From positions 37,899-101,898 of the forward strand of contig JAIKVT010000076.1 in NCBI GenBank assembly GCA_024685495.1: a stretch of DNA of 64,000 nt. The letters are read 5' to 3'. Within the stretch, counting starts at the first letter, position 1. Every line of letters starts with the position of its first letter. The DNA comes from Lachnospiraceae bacterium (lineage in GTDB: Bacteria; Bacillota; Clostridia; Lachnospirales; Lachnospiraceae). Of this stretch, positions 46,405-56,746 are shown piece after piece. The notes under the pieces are model-generated. The model saw only the letters and a list, made by a program, of their open reading frames with translations, searched no databases and had not been told where the DNA came from. Both the position numbers and the translations under genes were made by a program.

Positions 46405-46420
46405 AGGATGATGAATAAAG
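46389..46420 (+). repeat. 2.3 tandem copies of a 14-nt unit spanning the nusA stop and the ylxQ start
   Basis: AAAGGATGATGAAT / AAAGGATGATGAAT / AAAG. Copy 1 holds the nusA ...KDDE-stop. Copy 2 supplies the AAAGGA RBS-like stretch and the ATGATG start of the next gene. Confidence 0.95.
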
Positions 46421-46716
46421 CATTGTCTATGATTGGCTTAGCTTCTAAAGCAAGATGTCTTGTAAGTGGAGAGTTTGCTGTTGAAAGAGCAGTTAAGTCG
46501 CATAAAGCTTTTCTTGTTATTGTTGCAAATGATGCATCAGATAATACAAGAAAAAAATTTGAAGATATGTGTAGATATTATAAAGTCCCAATAATATTTT
46601 ACAGTGATAAAGAAGAATTGGGACGGGTACTTGGGAAAGAGTATCGTGCATCAATTGCATTAACAGATGCAAACTTTGCTAAAGGAATTCAAGATAAAAT
46701 ATCTTGTGACAAATAG
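46408..46716 (+). CDS. ylxQ: L7Ae-family RNA-binding protein YlxQ
   Basis: 102 aa (LGLASKARCLVSGEFAVERAVKSHKAFLVIVANDASDNTRKK) located between nusA and infB. Confidence 0.85.
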   Translation: MMNKALSMIGLASKARCLVSGEFAVERAVKSHKAFLVIVANDASDNTRKKFEDMCRYYKVPIIFYSDKEELGRVLGKEYRASIALTDANFAKGIQDKISCDK

Positions 46717-46772
46717 ATTAATCACATATTAATACTAAGATATATCTTGGGATATAAAATGGAGGTGTACAT

Positions 46773-49463
46773 ATGGCAAAAGTCAGAGTATATGAATTGG
46801 CTAAACAGTTAGATATTGAATCTAAAGAAATAGTTGCCTTTTTGTCAAAAAAAGGCATTGAAGTCAAAAGTCAAAGTGGACTTGAAGACAATATATGTGA
46901 AGAAATAAAAAATGAGTTTAAAAAATTGACCGGTAAGGTTGCGTCTTCCGGTGTCGAGAAAGATACATATAAATCAGATGAACAAAAGAAATCTGATGAT
47001 GCAAATAAAGGGTCAAAGGAAAGCGATAAGCAACAAAATGTCGTAAAGAAACCTAAAGACGGACAAAAACCACCTGTAAAGAGAGAAGTAAGAGGTGAAA
47101 AGGCTCGTGATCCTAAAGCTGCGCCTAAAAAGAAGAAATCTGTCGTTTTTAATCTTAATAATTCAAGCAGTGGCGGAAACAGACGTCAAAGAGGCGATGG
47201 AAGAAGACCAATGCAGGGTGGACCTTCAAGAAATGAAGGTAAAAGAGGTCCTATCAGAGTAAGAGATGGTGTAGAAGCTCCATCTGTTGTAAGGGCACGT
47301 AAAGAAGCTGAAGAAGCACGAAGAAGAGAAGCGGCTAAAGCATCGGGTGCAAGTGAAAACAGAACGAAAGAAAAAGATAACAGACAAGGTAGACAAGATG
47401 CTAAATCTAACAGAACTGACAGACCTGCAAGAACTGACAGACCCGCAAGAACTGACAGACCTACAAGAACAGATAGACCTGAAAGACCTGAAAGAAGAAA
47501 TGTCTACAAGGATACACCGGCTCATAAAACAAATGAGAACTCGCAGGATGCTTCTAAATCTAATAACAGAAGAGGCGCAAAGCCAAATAAAAGAGGCGGA
47601 AGAGATAATGACAGATTAGGTAAAAAGGAAGAAAACTATCGTAATCTTGAGAAAAACGGTGGAGTAAAGCATAAAAAGCCGCAAAAGAAAGCATTTGAGA
47701 AAAGTGATGAGATTAGATCTGTTGCAATTCCAGAAAGACTTACTATTAGAGAATTCTCTGATCGTATTAAAGTGCCGGCTTCAGATATTATTAAGAAATT
47801 ATTCTTAAAGAATATTTTAGTTACCGTTAATCATGATATTGAATATGATCAGGCAGAAGAAATCGCTCTTGAGTATAATGTTATTACTGAAGTTGAAGAA
47901 AAAGTTGATGTTATTGCTGAATTATTAAAAGATGTAGAAGATGATGAAAAGACATTAAAGTCACGTCCGCCTGTTGTTTGTGTAATGGGTCACGTAGATC
48001 ATGGTAAAACTTCACTTCTTGATGCAATAAGAGATACAAAAATAACTGACAGAGAGGCAGGAGGTATTACACAGCACATCGGTGCTTATATGGTTTCTGC
48101 TAATGGTCAAAATATTACATTTTTAGATACTCCCGGTCATGAAGCATTTACTGCTATGCGTATGCGTGGAGCTAATTCTACGGATATTGCAATTCTTGTT
48201 GTTGCAGCTGATGATGGTGTAATGCCTCAGACTGTTGAAGCTATTAACCATGCCAAAGCGGCTGATATTGAAATAATAGTAGCAATTAACAAAATAGATA
48301 AACCTGGCGCTAATATCGAAAGAGTAAAACAAGAGTTATCAGAATATGAACTCATTCCTGAAGATTGGGGTGGTAATACAGTATTTTGTCCTGTATCAGC
48401 TCATACAGGTGAAGGAATTGAGAACTTACTTGAAATGATACTCTTAACGGCGGAGGTGCTTGAACTTAAAGCTAATCCTAAGAGAAATGCAAGAGGACTT
48501 GTTGTAGAGGCTAAGCTTGATAAGGGTAGAGGTACTGTTGCAACAGTTCTTGTACAAAAAGGTACGCTTAAAGTAGGAGACCCTATTGCGGCAGGTGCTT
48601 CTTACGGTAAAGTAAGAGCTATGGTTGATGAAAACGGCAAAAGATTAAAATCTGCCGGACCATCAACACCTGTAGAAATAATAGGTCTTTCGGAAGTTCC
48701 TAATGCCGGTGAAATATTTATGGCAATGGATTCTGAGAAAGATGCTCATAGTTTTGCTAACACATTTGTAACAGAGAGTAAAAATAAGATGGTTGAGGAC
48801 TCGAGAGTTAAAATGTCACTTGATGACTTATTCTCTCAGATTCAAACAGGTAATCTTAAGGAACTTAATCTTATTGTTAAAGCTGATGTTCAGGGTTCTG
48901 TTGAGGCCGTTAAGCAATCGCTTGTTAAATTAAGCAATGATGAAGTTGTTGTTAAGGTTATACATGGTGGTGTAGGTGCTATTAATGAAAGTGATGTTAT
49001 CTTAGCATCTGCAAGTAATGCCATTATTATCGGATTTAATGTCAGACCTGATGCAATGGCTAAAGAAACATCAGAGCGTGAAGGCGTTGAGATTAAGTTA
49101 TATAAGGTAATTTACAATGCTATTGAAGATGTGGAAGCTGCAATGAAAGGTATGCTTGATCCGGTATATGAAGAACAGGTTATCGGTCATGCTGAAATCA
49201 GACAGATATTTAAGTCTTCAGATGTTGGAAACATTGCAGGTTCTTATGTATTAGACGGACGTATGGAAAGAGGCTGTAAAGTTAGAATCAACCGTGGTGA
49301 TGATTTGATATTTGAAGGAGATCTCGGTTCACTTAAACGTTTCAAAGATGATGTCAAAGAAGTTAAAGCAGGTTATGAATGCGGTCTTGTATTTGACGGA
49401 TTTGATGCTATCCAAGAAGAGGATGTTGTAGAAGCATATATTATGGTAGAAGTTGCCAGATAG
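46773..49463 (+). CDS. infB: Translation initiation factor IF-2
   Basis: G-domain [17 protein letters not shown] and NKID. 896 aa with a basic, repetitive N-terminal region. Confidence 0.98.
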   Translation: MAKVRVYELAKQLDIESKEIVAFLSKKGIEVKSQSGLEDNICEEIKNEFKKLTGKVASSGVEKDTYKSDEQKKSDDANKGSKESDKQQNVVKKPKDGQKPPVKREVRGEKARDPKAAPKKKKSVVFNLNNSSSGGNRRQRGDGRRPMQGGPSRNEGKRGPIRVRDGVEAPSVVRARKEAEEARRREAAKASGASENRTKEKDNRQGRQDAKSNRTDRPARTDRPARTDRPTRTDRPERPERRNVYKDTPAHKTNENSQDASKSNNRRGAKPNKRGGRDNDRLGKKEENYRNLEKNGGVKHKKPQKKAFEKSDEIRSVAIPERLTIREFSDRIKVPASDIIKKLFLKNILVTVNHDIEYDQAEEIALEYNVITEVEEKVDVIAELLKDVEDDEKTLKSRPPVVCVMGHVDHGKTSLLDAIRDTKITDREAGGITQHIGAYMVSANGQNITFLDTPGHEAFTAMRMRGANSTDIAILVVAADDGVMPQTVEAINHAKAADIEIIVAINKIDKPGANIERVKQELSEYELIPEDWGGNTVFCPVSAHTGEGIENLLEMILLTAEVLELKANPKRNARGLVVEAKLDKGRGTVATVLVQKGTLKVGDPIAAGASYGKVRAMVDENGKRLKSAGPSTPVEIIGLSEVPNAGEIFMAMDSEKDAHSFANTFVTESKNKMVEDSRVKMSLDDLFSQIQTGNLKELNLIVKADVQGSVEAVKQSLVKLSNDEVVVKVIHGGVGAINESDVILASASNAIIIGFNVRPDAMAKETSEREGVEIKLYKVIYNAIEDVEAAMKGMLDPVYEEQVIGHAEIRQIFKSSDVGNIAGSYVLDGRMERGCKVRINRGDDLIFEGDLGSLKRFKDDVKEVKAGYECGLVFDGFDAIQEEDVVEAYIMVEVAR
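47412..47492 (+). repeat. In-frame 18-nt tandem repeat (about 4.5 copies) in the infB N-terminal region
   Basis: AGAACTGACAGACCTGCA repeated with small variations. It encodes [27 protein letters not shown]. Confidence 0.9.
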
Positions 49464-49474
49464 GTTGGTGCTTA

Positions 49475-49840
49475 ATGAAAAAAAGAAGTATAAAAAACAC
49501 ACGAATTAATGAAGAAGTTATGCGAGAACTTTCCAATATAATAAGAAGCGATGTGAAAGATCCAAGAATTTCACCAATGACTTCTGTTGTTGCTGTAGAA
49601 GTAGCGCCCGACCTTAAGACTGCAAAAGCTTATATCAGTGTTTTAGGGAACGATGAAGATGTTGCTAAAACTATTGAAGGTTTAAAATCATCGTCCGGAT
49701 ACATCAGACATAAACTCGCACAGAATATTAATCTTAGGAACACACCGGAAATTACATATATTATGGATCAGTCCATAGAATATGGTGTGAGAATGAGTAA
49801 ACTAATTGACGAGGTTAATAAGGAGACCCGAAATGATTAA
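49475..49840 (+). CDS. rbfA: Ribosome-binding factor A
   Basis: 121 aa (RINEEVMRELSNIIRSDVKDPRI...VEVAPDLKTAKAYISV). Confidence 0.95.
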   Translation: MKKRSIKNTRINEEVMRELSNIIRSDVKDPRISPMTSVVAVEVAPDLKTAKAYISVLGNDEDVAKTIEGLKSSSGYIRHKLAQNINLRNTPEITYIMDQSIEYGVRMSKLIDEVNKETRND

Positions 49841-50855
49841 TCTTGATAATGAATTAAAAACAGTTAAAAGTGTTGCCATAGCCGGTCATGTAAGACCTGA
49901 TGGTGATTGTGTCGGTTCATGTATGGGACTTTATAATTATATAATTAATAATTATGAAGGTGTTAAAGCAGATGTATATCTTAATCCCATACCTTCAGCA
50001 TTATCAATACTTAAGAATACTGATAAAATTATTAATTATATCGGACATGATGTTATAGAATCAATTGATGATTTTCCTAAATGTATACAAGGCTCATATG
50101 TTAACAAAAATCCTTATGACTTGATGTTTGTTCTTGACTGTAGCGATGGCAAGAGATTAGGTCCTGCTTATTCACTATTTAAAAATGCTAAGAGAACAAT
50201 TTGTATTGATCATCATATGAATAATGGTCAATTTGCAGATGAGCAATATATAATACAAGATTATAGTTCTACTTGTGAACTAATATATAATATTGCAGAT
50301 TATGATAAGATTGATAAATCAGTGGCTGAATGTTTGTATACAGGAATGGTGACTGATACAGGGCTTTTCCAGTATGACTGCACTTCGGCTGATACTATGT
50401 GTGCTGCAGGTAAGTTAATGGATAAAGGAATTGATTACTCTTATCTTGTGGAGCATACATTTTTTGAAAAGACATATATTCAACAGAAGGTTCTTGGCAA
50501 AGCTTTACTTAAGTCTAATACAGTATATGATGGTAAAATAATATATTCATATATAGATTTAGATGAAATGGAAGAGTTAGGAGCAGATCCTAAAGATTTT
50601 GAAGGTATATGTGAAACTCTTCGTGAGACTAAGGGAGTATCAATTGCTTTCTTTATGTATAGGCAAAAAGATGGTTATATAAAAGGCTCGCTTAGAGGAT
50701 CTGATGATACTGATTTGTCTAAAGTTGCTTCTAATATGAATGGTGGTGGCCATAAGAAAGCTGCCGGTTTCCATCTTGATAATATTCCAATGGAAGAAGC
50801 TAAAGAGCTTGTTATTAAAGAAATAATCAAAGAATATGAAATCGGGAATAATTAA
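49833..50855 (+). CDS. nrnA: DHH/DHHA1 phosphoesterase (NrnA-like)
   Basis: DHH motifs (GHVRPDGDCVGS, ICIDHH) and DHHA1 GGGHKKAAG. ATG at 49833 follows AAGGAG. The ORF-track start at 49806 overlaps rbfA more deeply. Confidence 0.85.
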   Translation: MINLDNELKTVKSVAIAGHVRPDGDCVGSCMGLYNYIINNYEGVKADVYLNPIPSALSILKNTDKIINYIGHDVIESIDDFPKCIQGSYVNKNPYDLMFVLDCSDGKRLGPAYSLFKNAKRTICIDHHMNNGQFADEQYIIQDYSSTCELIYNIADYDKIDKSVAECLYTGMVTDTGLFQYDCTSADTMCAAGKLMDKGIDYSYLVEHTFFEKTYIQQKVLGKALLKSNTVYDGKIIYSYIDLDEMEELGADPKDFEGICETLRETKGVSIAFFMYRQKDGYIKGSLRGSDDTDLSKVASNMNGGGHKKAAGFHLDNIPMEEAKELVIKEIIKEYEIGNN

Positions 50856-51855
50856 TATATATAAGGAAAAAGGATTCACAAGCTTTGATGTGGTTGCAAA
50901 GCTTCGTGGAATTCTACATATAAAAAAGATTGGTCACACAGGAACTCTTGATCCCGAAGCGGAGGGAGTTCTTCCTATTTGTATAGGTAAAGCGACTAAG
51001 GCATGCTCAATGCTTCTTGATACTGATAAGAAATATTTGGCTACGATGCTTCTTGGTAAAGCAACAGATACTTATGATGTATATGGAAATGTTACTGAGA
51101 AAAGGGAAGTTAATACTACGCCTGAAGAAGTAGAAGCAGTGATTCAGTCTTTTATAGGTGAAATTGATCAGGTTCCACCTATGTATTCAGCAATTAAAAT
51201 TAACGGAAAAAAATTATATGAACTTGCAAGAGCAGGTAAAGTGGTCGATCGACCTTCCAGAAGAGTTACTATATATAATGAAGAAACTCATTCAATTGAT
51301 ATCCCTGAAGTACAATTTAGTGTAGAGTGTTCTAAAGGAACATATATTAGAAGTTTATGTAATGATATAGGAATTAAATTAGGATGCTTAGCATGTATGA
51401 AAGATTTAGTTCGTACTAAAGCAGGTATTTTTAAAATAGAAGATTCTCATAAATTGAGTGAGATTGAAAAATTGGTAAGTCAAGGGAAAATTGATGATGT
51501 AATAATTCCTGTTGATAAAATATTTGAACCTTGCCACAAGTGGTGCGTATTAGACGAATATAAGAAATTGTGCATTAATGGCTCAAAATTACCTTCTGAA
51601 GCATTTGTTGAATTAAAAATCAACCAAATCAACATGCCAAAAAACAACAATAACGCATCGAATTGTACTAATTACGCATCAAATTGTACTAATTACACAT
51701 CGAATGATACTAATATATGCGTGGCTTATTATGAAAATGATGTTGAGAGTAATTCTTTAAATCGTGTATATTTAGAAGACGGAACTTTTGTAGGCTTGTA
51801 CAGAAAAGATGGGGAGACATTTATCCCCGAGAAAATGTTTTATGAAAATATTTAA
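50836..51855 (+). CDS. truB: tRNA pseudouridine-55 synthase TruB (with Asn-rich repeat insertion)
   Basis: GIINIYKEKGFTSFDVV...GHTGTLDPEAEGVLPI catalytic Asp motif. 339 aa. Confidence 0.95.
   Translation: MKSGIINIYKEKGFTSFDVVAKLRGILHIKKIGHTGTLDPEAEGVLPICIGKATKACSMLLDTDKKYLATMLLGKATDTYDVYGNVTEKREVNTTPEEVEAVIQSFIGEIDQVPPMYSAIKINGKKLYELARAGKVVDRPSRRVTIYNEETHSIDIPEVQFSVECSKGTYIRSLCNDIGIKLGCLACMKDLVRTKAGIFKIEDSHKLSEIEKLVSQGKIDDVIIPVDKIFEPCHKWCVLDEYKKLCINGSKLPSEAFVELKINQINMPKNNNNASNCTNYASNCTNYTSNDTNICVAYYENDVESNSLNRVYLEDGTFVGLYRKDGETFIPEKMFYENI
51655..51717 (+). repeat. In-frame 21-nt tandem repeat (3 copies) inside truB
   Basis: GCATCGAATTGTACTAATTAC / GCATCAAATTGTACTAATTAC / ACATCGAATGATACTAATATA. 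It encodes ASNCTNY ASNCTNY TSNDTNI. Confidence 0.95.
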
Positions 51856-52780
51856 TTCTTTAGATGAATTTAATCTTAAATCCGATACGGCAATTACTAT
51901 TGGAAAATTTGACGGACTTCACAGAGGACACAAGATTTTGTGCGAAAACCTTTTCGCGATGGAGAGGGAAGGCTTATTATCACTTGCTATTTCTTTTGTA
52001 GATTCACCGACCAATGTTGTTAATGAATCTGATGAAAAGAAAATTGTTACGAATGAAGAGCGTATGGCCTTATTTAAAGACAGTGGTATAAGTGTTTTTA
52101 TTGAATGCCCTTTTGATGAAAAGCTTATGAAGACTGCTCCAAAGGATTTTATAAATCGATTGGTTGACGATCTCAATATGAAATGTCTTGTTGTAGGTAA
52201 GGATTTTCGCTTTGGATATAAGGGCTCAGGTGATGTAACCCTTTTACACAAATTATCCGAAGAATTAGGGTTTAAGCTTATTGTGATTGATAAATTACAG
52301 GAAGATAATGTCGATATTAGTTCGACCCGAATACGTGATGAGATTGCTAAAGGCCATATTTTGAAGGCGAATCAATTGATGGGGCGAAACTATTTTATCT
52401 ATGGTGAAGTAGTGTATGGAAGACAAGTCGGCAAAAAAATTGATTTTCCCACAATCAATATTAAACCCTCTAAAGATAAACTAATTCCGGCAAATGGTGT
52501 CTATATTAGCGTAGTTCAAATTGGCAGTAACATTTACCAGGGAATAACTAACGTCGGTATAAGACCTACGTTCGATGATGGCAACTCACTTAGCATAGAA
52601 ACGCATATTTTTAATTTTGATTCTAATGTATATGGCAAGGAAGTGAAAATTGTCTTTCTTAAAGAAATGCGTGGCGAGAAAAAATTTAATTCTGCTGAAG
52701 AATTGAAAGCGCAGCTTGTCAAAGACAAAAATTACGGAATAGATTTTTTTTCAAATGAACATGTCAATCTTGATATTTGA
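51842..52780 (+). CDS. ribF: Bifunctional riboflavin kinase / FMN adenylyltransferase
   Basis: GKFDGLHRGH nucleotidyltransferase motif and a C-terminal riboflavin kinase (PTINI...GVY...ETHIFNF). ATG at 51842 overlaps the truB end. Confidence 0.94.
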   Translation: MKIFNSLDEFNLKSDTAITIGKFDGLHRGHKILCENLFAMEREGLLSLAISFVDSPTNVVNESDEKKIVTNEERMALFKDSGISVFIECPFDEKLMKTAPKDFINRLVDDLNMKCLVVGKDFRFGYKGSGDVTLLHKLSEELGFKLIVIDKLQEDNVDISSTRIRDEIAKGHILKANQLMGRNYFIYGEVVYGRQVGKKIDFPTINIKPSKDKLIPANGVYISVVQIGSNIYQGITNVGIRPTFDDGNSLSIETHIFNFDSNVYGKEVKIVFLKEMRGEKKFNSAEELKAQLVKDKNYGIDFFSNEHVNLDI

Positions 52781-52785
52781 CGATG

Positions 52786-52806
52786 CAAGTAAATTACTTG
52801 TTTTTT
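52786..52806 (+). terminator. Intrinsic terminator after ribF
   Basis: CAAGTA-AAT-TACTTG hairpin followed by TTTTTT. Confidence 0.65.
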
Positions 52807-52874
52807 CGTGAAATAAATGTTGCAAAAACATTACAGTATAAATTTTTCTTTTACAAAAATATTACAAAAATGTG

Positions 52875-52903
52875 TTGACAAATAAAAAATCCCTTGATAT
52901 ATT
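52875..52903 (+). promoter_or_regulatory. Sigma-A-type promoter for the NlpC/P60 gene
   Basis: TTGACA (52875-52880), 17-nt spacer, extended -10 TGaTATATT (52895-52903). Confidence 0.65.
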
Positions 52904-52988
52904 TTTGATTACACTACTGTTTTTGTGTGTGGATTAATGGTGTGTAATTTTAATGATTTGTTGCTAAGTTGCAACATGAGGAGGAATC

Positions 52989-54065
52989 ATGAGAAAGAAT
53001 ATTGTCAGCGCAGTAGCTGTTTTTGCATGCGGATTTTTGATGGTTGCCGGTTCAATTGCGGCATATGAAAGTCAGGAAAATGAAAATTTAACCACTGCAG
53101 GAGTATTCAATTATACTTCAACTGAGTATGCGTCTTCGAGTGGTTCAAGTGGTGATGCGGGAGAAGTTAGTGTTGCAGATTCTAAAGATGCATCGTCAGA
53201 TGTTACTGTTACAGATGCTCCTGTTGTAAATACTGCAGCAAGAAATACATACGGCTATACAAACTTGGGTATGTCAAATGTTGAAGATACTCTTAATGTC
53301 AGATCTGAGGCTACGACAGATTCCGATATTGTTGGTGTTATGCCGGGTGCCGCAGCTTGCGAGATATTAGATCAGCAAGGTGATTGGTATCACATTAAAT
53401 CAGGTGAAGTTGAAGGATATTGCTTGGGAAGTTACATTGTTACAGGCGATGAGGCTTTAGATAAAGCAGATCAAACAGTTGCGAACAAAGCAACGGTTAA
53501 TTGTGATGCGCTTATCATGAGAGACGCTCCTTCTACAGAAGCGGGCGTGGTTGAAACAATTACTCAAGGTAATAAAGTTACTGTTGTTGAAGAGCTTGAT
53601 GGTTGGGTTAAAGTAGTTGATCAGAATAGCGAAGGCTATTGTTCTGCAGAATATGTAACAGTAGGCGAAGAAATTCCTACTGCCTTATCAAAAGATCAGT
53701 CTTCAAATGGTGGCTCATCACTGGTTTCTAATGCACTTCAATATGTTGGTGGAAGATATGTTTGGGGTGGAGAATCCCTTAAGAGTGGTGTTGATTGCTC
53801 AGGATTTACCATGAAGATATATGAGCAATATGGTGTTTACCTTCCTCATTCTGCTGATGCGCAGAAGAATATGGGAACTAAAGTTGCCAGCTTAGCAGAA
53901 GCACAACCCGGAGACCTTGTATTCTACGGAAGTGGCGGATATGCTAACCACGTTGGAATTTATATGGGCGACGGACAGTTAGTTCATGCTTCATCCGCTA
54001 AGACGGGAATTAAGGTTAGCAATGCTTCATATCGTACACCGATTGCTATCCGAAGATACTTATAG
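52989..54065 (+). CDS. Secreted cell-wall hydrolase: SH3b repeats + C-terminal NlpC/P60 peptidase
   Basis: Signal peptide and two SH3-like repeats (LNVRSEATTDSDIVGV...GDWYHI; LIMRDAPSTEAGVV...DGWVKV). Catalytic Cys context GVDCSGFT and His (ANHVGIYMG). Confidence 0.9.
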   Translation: MRKNIVSAVAVFACGFLMVAGSIAAYESQENENLTTAGVFNYTSTEYASSSGSSGDAGEVSVADSKDASSDVTVTDAPVVNTAARNTYGYTNLGMSNVEDTLNVRSEATTDSDIVGVMPGAAACEILDQQGDWYHIKSGEVEGYCLGSYIVTGDEALDKADQTVANKATVNCDALIMRDAPSTEAGVVETITQGNKVTVVEELDGWVKVVDQNSEGYCSAEYVTVGEEIPTALSKDQSSNGGSSLVSNALQYVGGRYVWGGESLKSGVDCSGFTMKIYEQYGVYLPHSADAQKNMGTKVASLAEAQPGDLVFYGSGGYANHVGIYMGDGQLVHASSAKTGIKVSNASYRTPIAIRRYL

Positions 54066-54140
54066 AATCTTTTGGATTTATGTATTGAAAATGTGTGGAT
54101 GATTATATAATCCATAATTTTACATGATAAAGTATATGAG

Positions 54141-54178
54141 GACTCAGGGTTTAAATAATTAAGCCTTGGGTCTTTTTT
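54141..54178 (+). terminator. Intrinsic terminator after the NlpC/P60 gene
   Basis: 14-bp stem GACTCAGGGTTTAA / TTAAGCCTTGGGTC (three G-U pairs) with loop ATAA, followed by TTTTTT. Confidence 0.75.
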
Positions 54179-54188
54179 GATATTTTTC

Positions 54189-54217
54189 TTTACATCAATT
54201 GAATTCTGTGATATTAT
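54189..54217 (+). promoter_or_regulatory. Sigma-A-type promoter for rpsO (followed by ~115-nt leader)
   Basis: TTTACA (54189-54194), 17-nt spacer, extended -10 TGaTATTAT (54209-54217). Confidence 0.6.
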
Positions 54218-54340
54218 ACTCGATGGTGCGTTAAAGTAATAATAATATTAAACAGCACAGAAATTACCTATATTCGGTTGATGGAAGACTCCGACCTTTG
54301 ACTGGATTTAGGCCATAAAATATTTAGGAGGAAATTTATT

Positions 54341-54607
54341 ATGATCACAAAAGAGAAGAAGCAGTCAATTATTAACGAATATGCTGTAAAGCCCGGCGAT
54401 ACAGGTTCTCCGGAGGTACAGGTTGCTGTACTTACAGCCAGAATACAAGAGCTTACAGAGCATCTTCAGGAAAACCCCAAGGATCATCATAGCAGAAGGG
54501 GATTGCTTAAAATGGTTGGTAAAAGACGTAATCTTTTAGGATATCTTAAAGATAAGGATATTGAGAGATACCGTTCTTTGATTGAGCGTTTAGGCTTAAG
54601 AAAGTAG
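54341..54607 (+). CDS. rpsO: 30S ribosomal protein S15
   Basis: 88 aa ([45 protein letters not shown]). Confidence 0.97.
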   Translation: MITKEKKQSIINEYAVKPGDTGSPEVQVAVLTARIQELTEHLQENPKDHHSRRGLLKMVGKRRNLLGYLKDKDIERYRSLIERLGLRK

Positions 54608-54618
54608 TCAATATTATT

Positions 54619-54645
54619 AGAGCGGACTTTTCCGCTCTTTTTTTC
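54619..54645 (+). terminator. Hairpin/terminator between rpsO and pnp
   Basis: AGAGCGGA-CTTT-TCCGCTCT followed by TTTTTTT. Confidence 0.8.
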
Positions 54646-54661
54646 GTAATTAAGGAGGTAC

Positions 54662-56746
54662 ATGATGAAAACTTATACAATGGAGCTCGCCGGTAGAACA
54701 CTTCGTGTTGATATCGACAGAGTTGCTAAACAGGCTAACGGTGCCGCATTTATTCAATATGCTGACACTACGGTTTTATCTACTGCAACAGCATCAGATA
54801 AACCAAGAGAAGGAATTGATTTCTTCCCTTTGAGTGTTGAATTTGAAGAAAAACAATATTCTGCAGGAAAGATTCCGGGCGGATTTAATAAGAGAGAGGG
54901 TAAGGCTTCTGAAAATGCCGTACTTACAGCACGTGTTATTGACAGACCTATGAGACCTTTGTTCCCTAAAGATTATCGTAACGATGTTACTCTTAATAAC
55001 TTAGTTCTTAGTGTTGACCCTAAGGCACGTCCTGAAATTGTTGCTATGCTTGGTACGGCTATTGCAACTTCTATTTCTGATATTCCATTTGATGGACCAT
55101 GTTCTATGACACAGATGGGTATGATTGACGGAGAATTTATTGTTAATCCATCACAGGAAGAGTGGGCAAAGGGAGATCTTAAGTTAACCGTTGCATCTAC
55201 TGCTCAGAAAGTAATCATGATTGAGGCAGGCGCTAACGAGATTAGTGAAGATAAGATGATTGAAGCTATTTACAAAGCTCATGATGTTAACTTAGAGATT
55301 ATAAAGTTCATCAATGAGATAGTTAGCGAAGTTGGTAAAGCTAAGCATTCATATACAAGCTGCGCTATTCCTGAGGAAATGTTTGACAAGATTAAAGAAA
55401 TTGTTCCTCCGGAAGAAATGGAGAAAGCAGTTTTCACTGATGAGAAGCAGAAGCGTGATGAGAACATCAGAGAAATTACAGATAAGCTTGAAGAAGAGTT
55501 TGCTGATAACGAAGAGTGGCTTGAAGTATTAGGCGAAGCTATTTATCAATATCAGAAGAAGACAGTAAGAAAGATGATTTTAAAAGATCACAAGCGTCCT
55601 GACGGAAGAAAGATTGATGAAATCAGACCTCTTGCTGCAGAAGTTGATTTAATTCCAAGAGTTCACGGTAGTGCAATGTTTACTCGTGGTCAAACACAGA
55701 TTTGCGACATTGTAACTCTTGCGCCTTTATCAGAGGCACAACGTATAGATGGTCTTGATGAAAATGTTGTAGAGAAGAGATATATGCATCATTACAATTT
55801 CCCTTCATACTCAGTTGGTGAGACAAGACCAAGCAGAGGACCGGGACGTCGTGAGATTGGACATGGAGCACTTGCGGAACGTGCACTTATTCCGGTACTT
55901 CCTTCACCGGAAGAGTTCCCGTATGCAATTCGTGCCGTATCTGAGACATTTGAGTCTAACGGTTCTACATCCATGGCATCTACATGTGCGTCATGTATGT
56001 CACTTATGGCTGCAGGTGTACCAATTAAGAAGATGGTTGCCGGAATTTCATGTGGTCTTGTAACAGGTGATACAGATGATGATTACCTTGTACTTACTGA
56101 TATTCAAGGTCTTGAAGATTTCTTCGGAGATATGGACTTTAAGGTGACGGGTACAAAAGACGGTATCACAGCAATTCAGATGGATATTAAGATTCATGGT
56201 CTTACTCGTCCTATAGTTGAAGAAGCTATAAGAAGAACAAGAGAAGCCAGATTCTTTATTATGGATAGTTGCATGAGCAAAGCTATTGCTGAGCCTAGAG
56301 CAGAAGTTAATGAATATGCTCCTAAGATTATCCAGATTGCAATCGATCCTGAGAAAATCGGTGATGTTGTCGGACAACGTGGTAAGACAATTAACGAAAT
56401 CATCGATCGTACAGGCGTTAAGATTGATATTTCCGACGAAGGAAATGTTTCTATCTGCGGTACTGACAAAGATAAGATGGCCGAAGCTAAGAAGATGATT
56501 GAGATTATTACAACTGATTTTGAAAAAGGTCAAAAATTCGAAGGAAAAGTTGTGTCTATCAAAGACTTTGGCGCATTTGTTGAATTTGCTCCGGGCAAAG
56601 AAGGTATGGTTCATATCTCTAAGATTGCTAAGGAGAGAATTAATAGAGTAGAAGATGTTCTTACACTTGGCGATAAAGTTAAGGTAGTATGCCTTGGCGA
56701 AGACAAGATGGGCAGATTAAGCTTTAGTATCAAAGATGCTAACTAA
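54662..56746 (+). CDS. pnp: Polyribonucleotide nucleotidyltransferase (PNPase)
   Basis: Two RNase PH domains, KH (VVGQRGKTINEI) and S1 (GKVVSIKDFGAFVEF). The second ATG at 54665 is equally possible. Confidence 0.98.
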   Translation: MMKTYTMELAGRTLRVDIDRVAKQANGAAFIQYADTTVLSTATASDKPREGIDFFPLSVEFEEKQYSAGKIPGGFNKREGKASENAVLTARVIDRPMRPLFPKDYRNDVTLNNLVLSVDPKARPEIVAMLGTAIATSISDIPFDGPCSMTQMGMIDGEFIVNPSQEEWAKGDLKLTVASTAQKVIMIEAGANEISEDKMIEAIYKAHDVNLEIIKFINEIVSEVGKAKHSYTSCAIPEEMFDKIKEIVPPEEMEKAVFTDEKQKRDENIREITDKLEEEFADNEEWLEVLGEAIYQYQKKTVRKMILKDHKRPDGRKIDEIRPLAAEVDLIPRVHGSAMFTRGQTQICDIVTLAPLSEAQRIDGLDENVVEKRYMHHYNFPSYSVGETRPSRGPGRREIGHGALAERALIPVLPSPEEFPYAIRAVSETFESNGSTSMASTCASCMSLMAAGVPIKKMVAGISCGLVTGDTDDDYLVLTDIQGLEDFFGDMDFKVTGTKDGITAIQMDIKIHGLTRPIVEEAIRRTREARFFIMDSCMSKAIAEPRAEVNEYAPKIIQIAIDPEKIGDVVGQRGKTINEIIDRTGVKIDISDEGNVSICGTDKDKMAEAKKMIEIITTDFEKGQKFEGKVVSIKDFGAFVEFAPGKEGMVHISKIAKERINRVEDVLTLGDKVKVVCLGEDKMGRLSFSIKDAN

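Noticed and set aside
52781-52988. c-di-AMP (ydaO-type) riboswitch upstream of the NlpC/P60 hydrolase gene
   Set aside because: Cell-wall hydrolase genes often carry this riboswitch. However, the ~85-nt leader here is AT-rich and lacks the conserved G-rich/ACGGGGA-type cores. It has only a small GTTGC/GCAAC hairpin.
56048-56614. 188-aa minus-strand ORF inside pnp (and the overlapping 56194..56469 ORF)
   Set aside because: It is antisense to the PNPase KH/S1 region and has no translation signals or family resemblance. It is a shadow frame.
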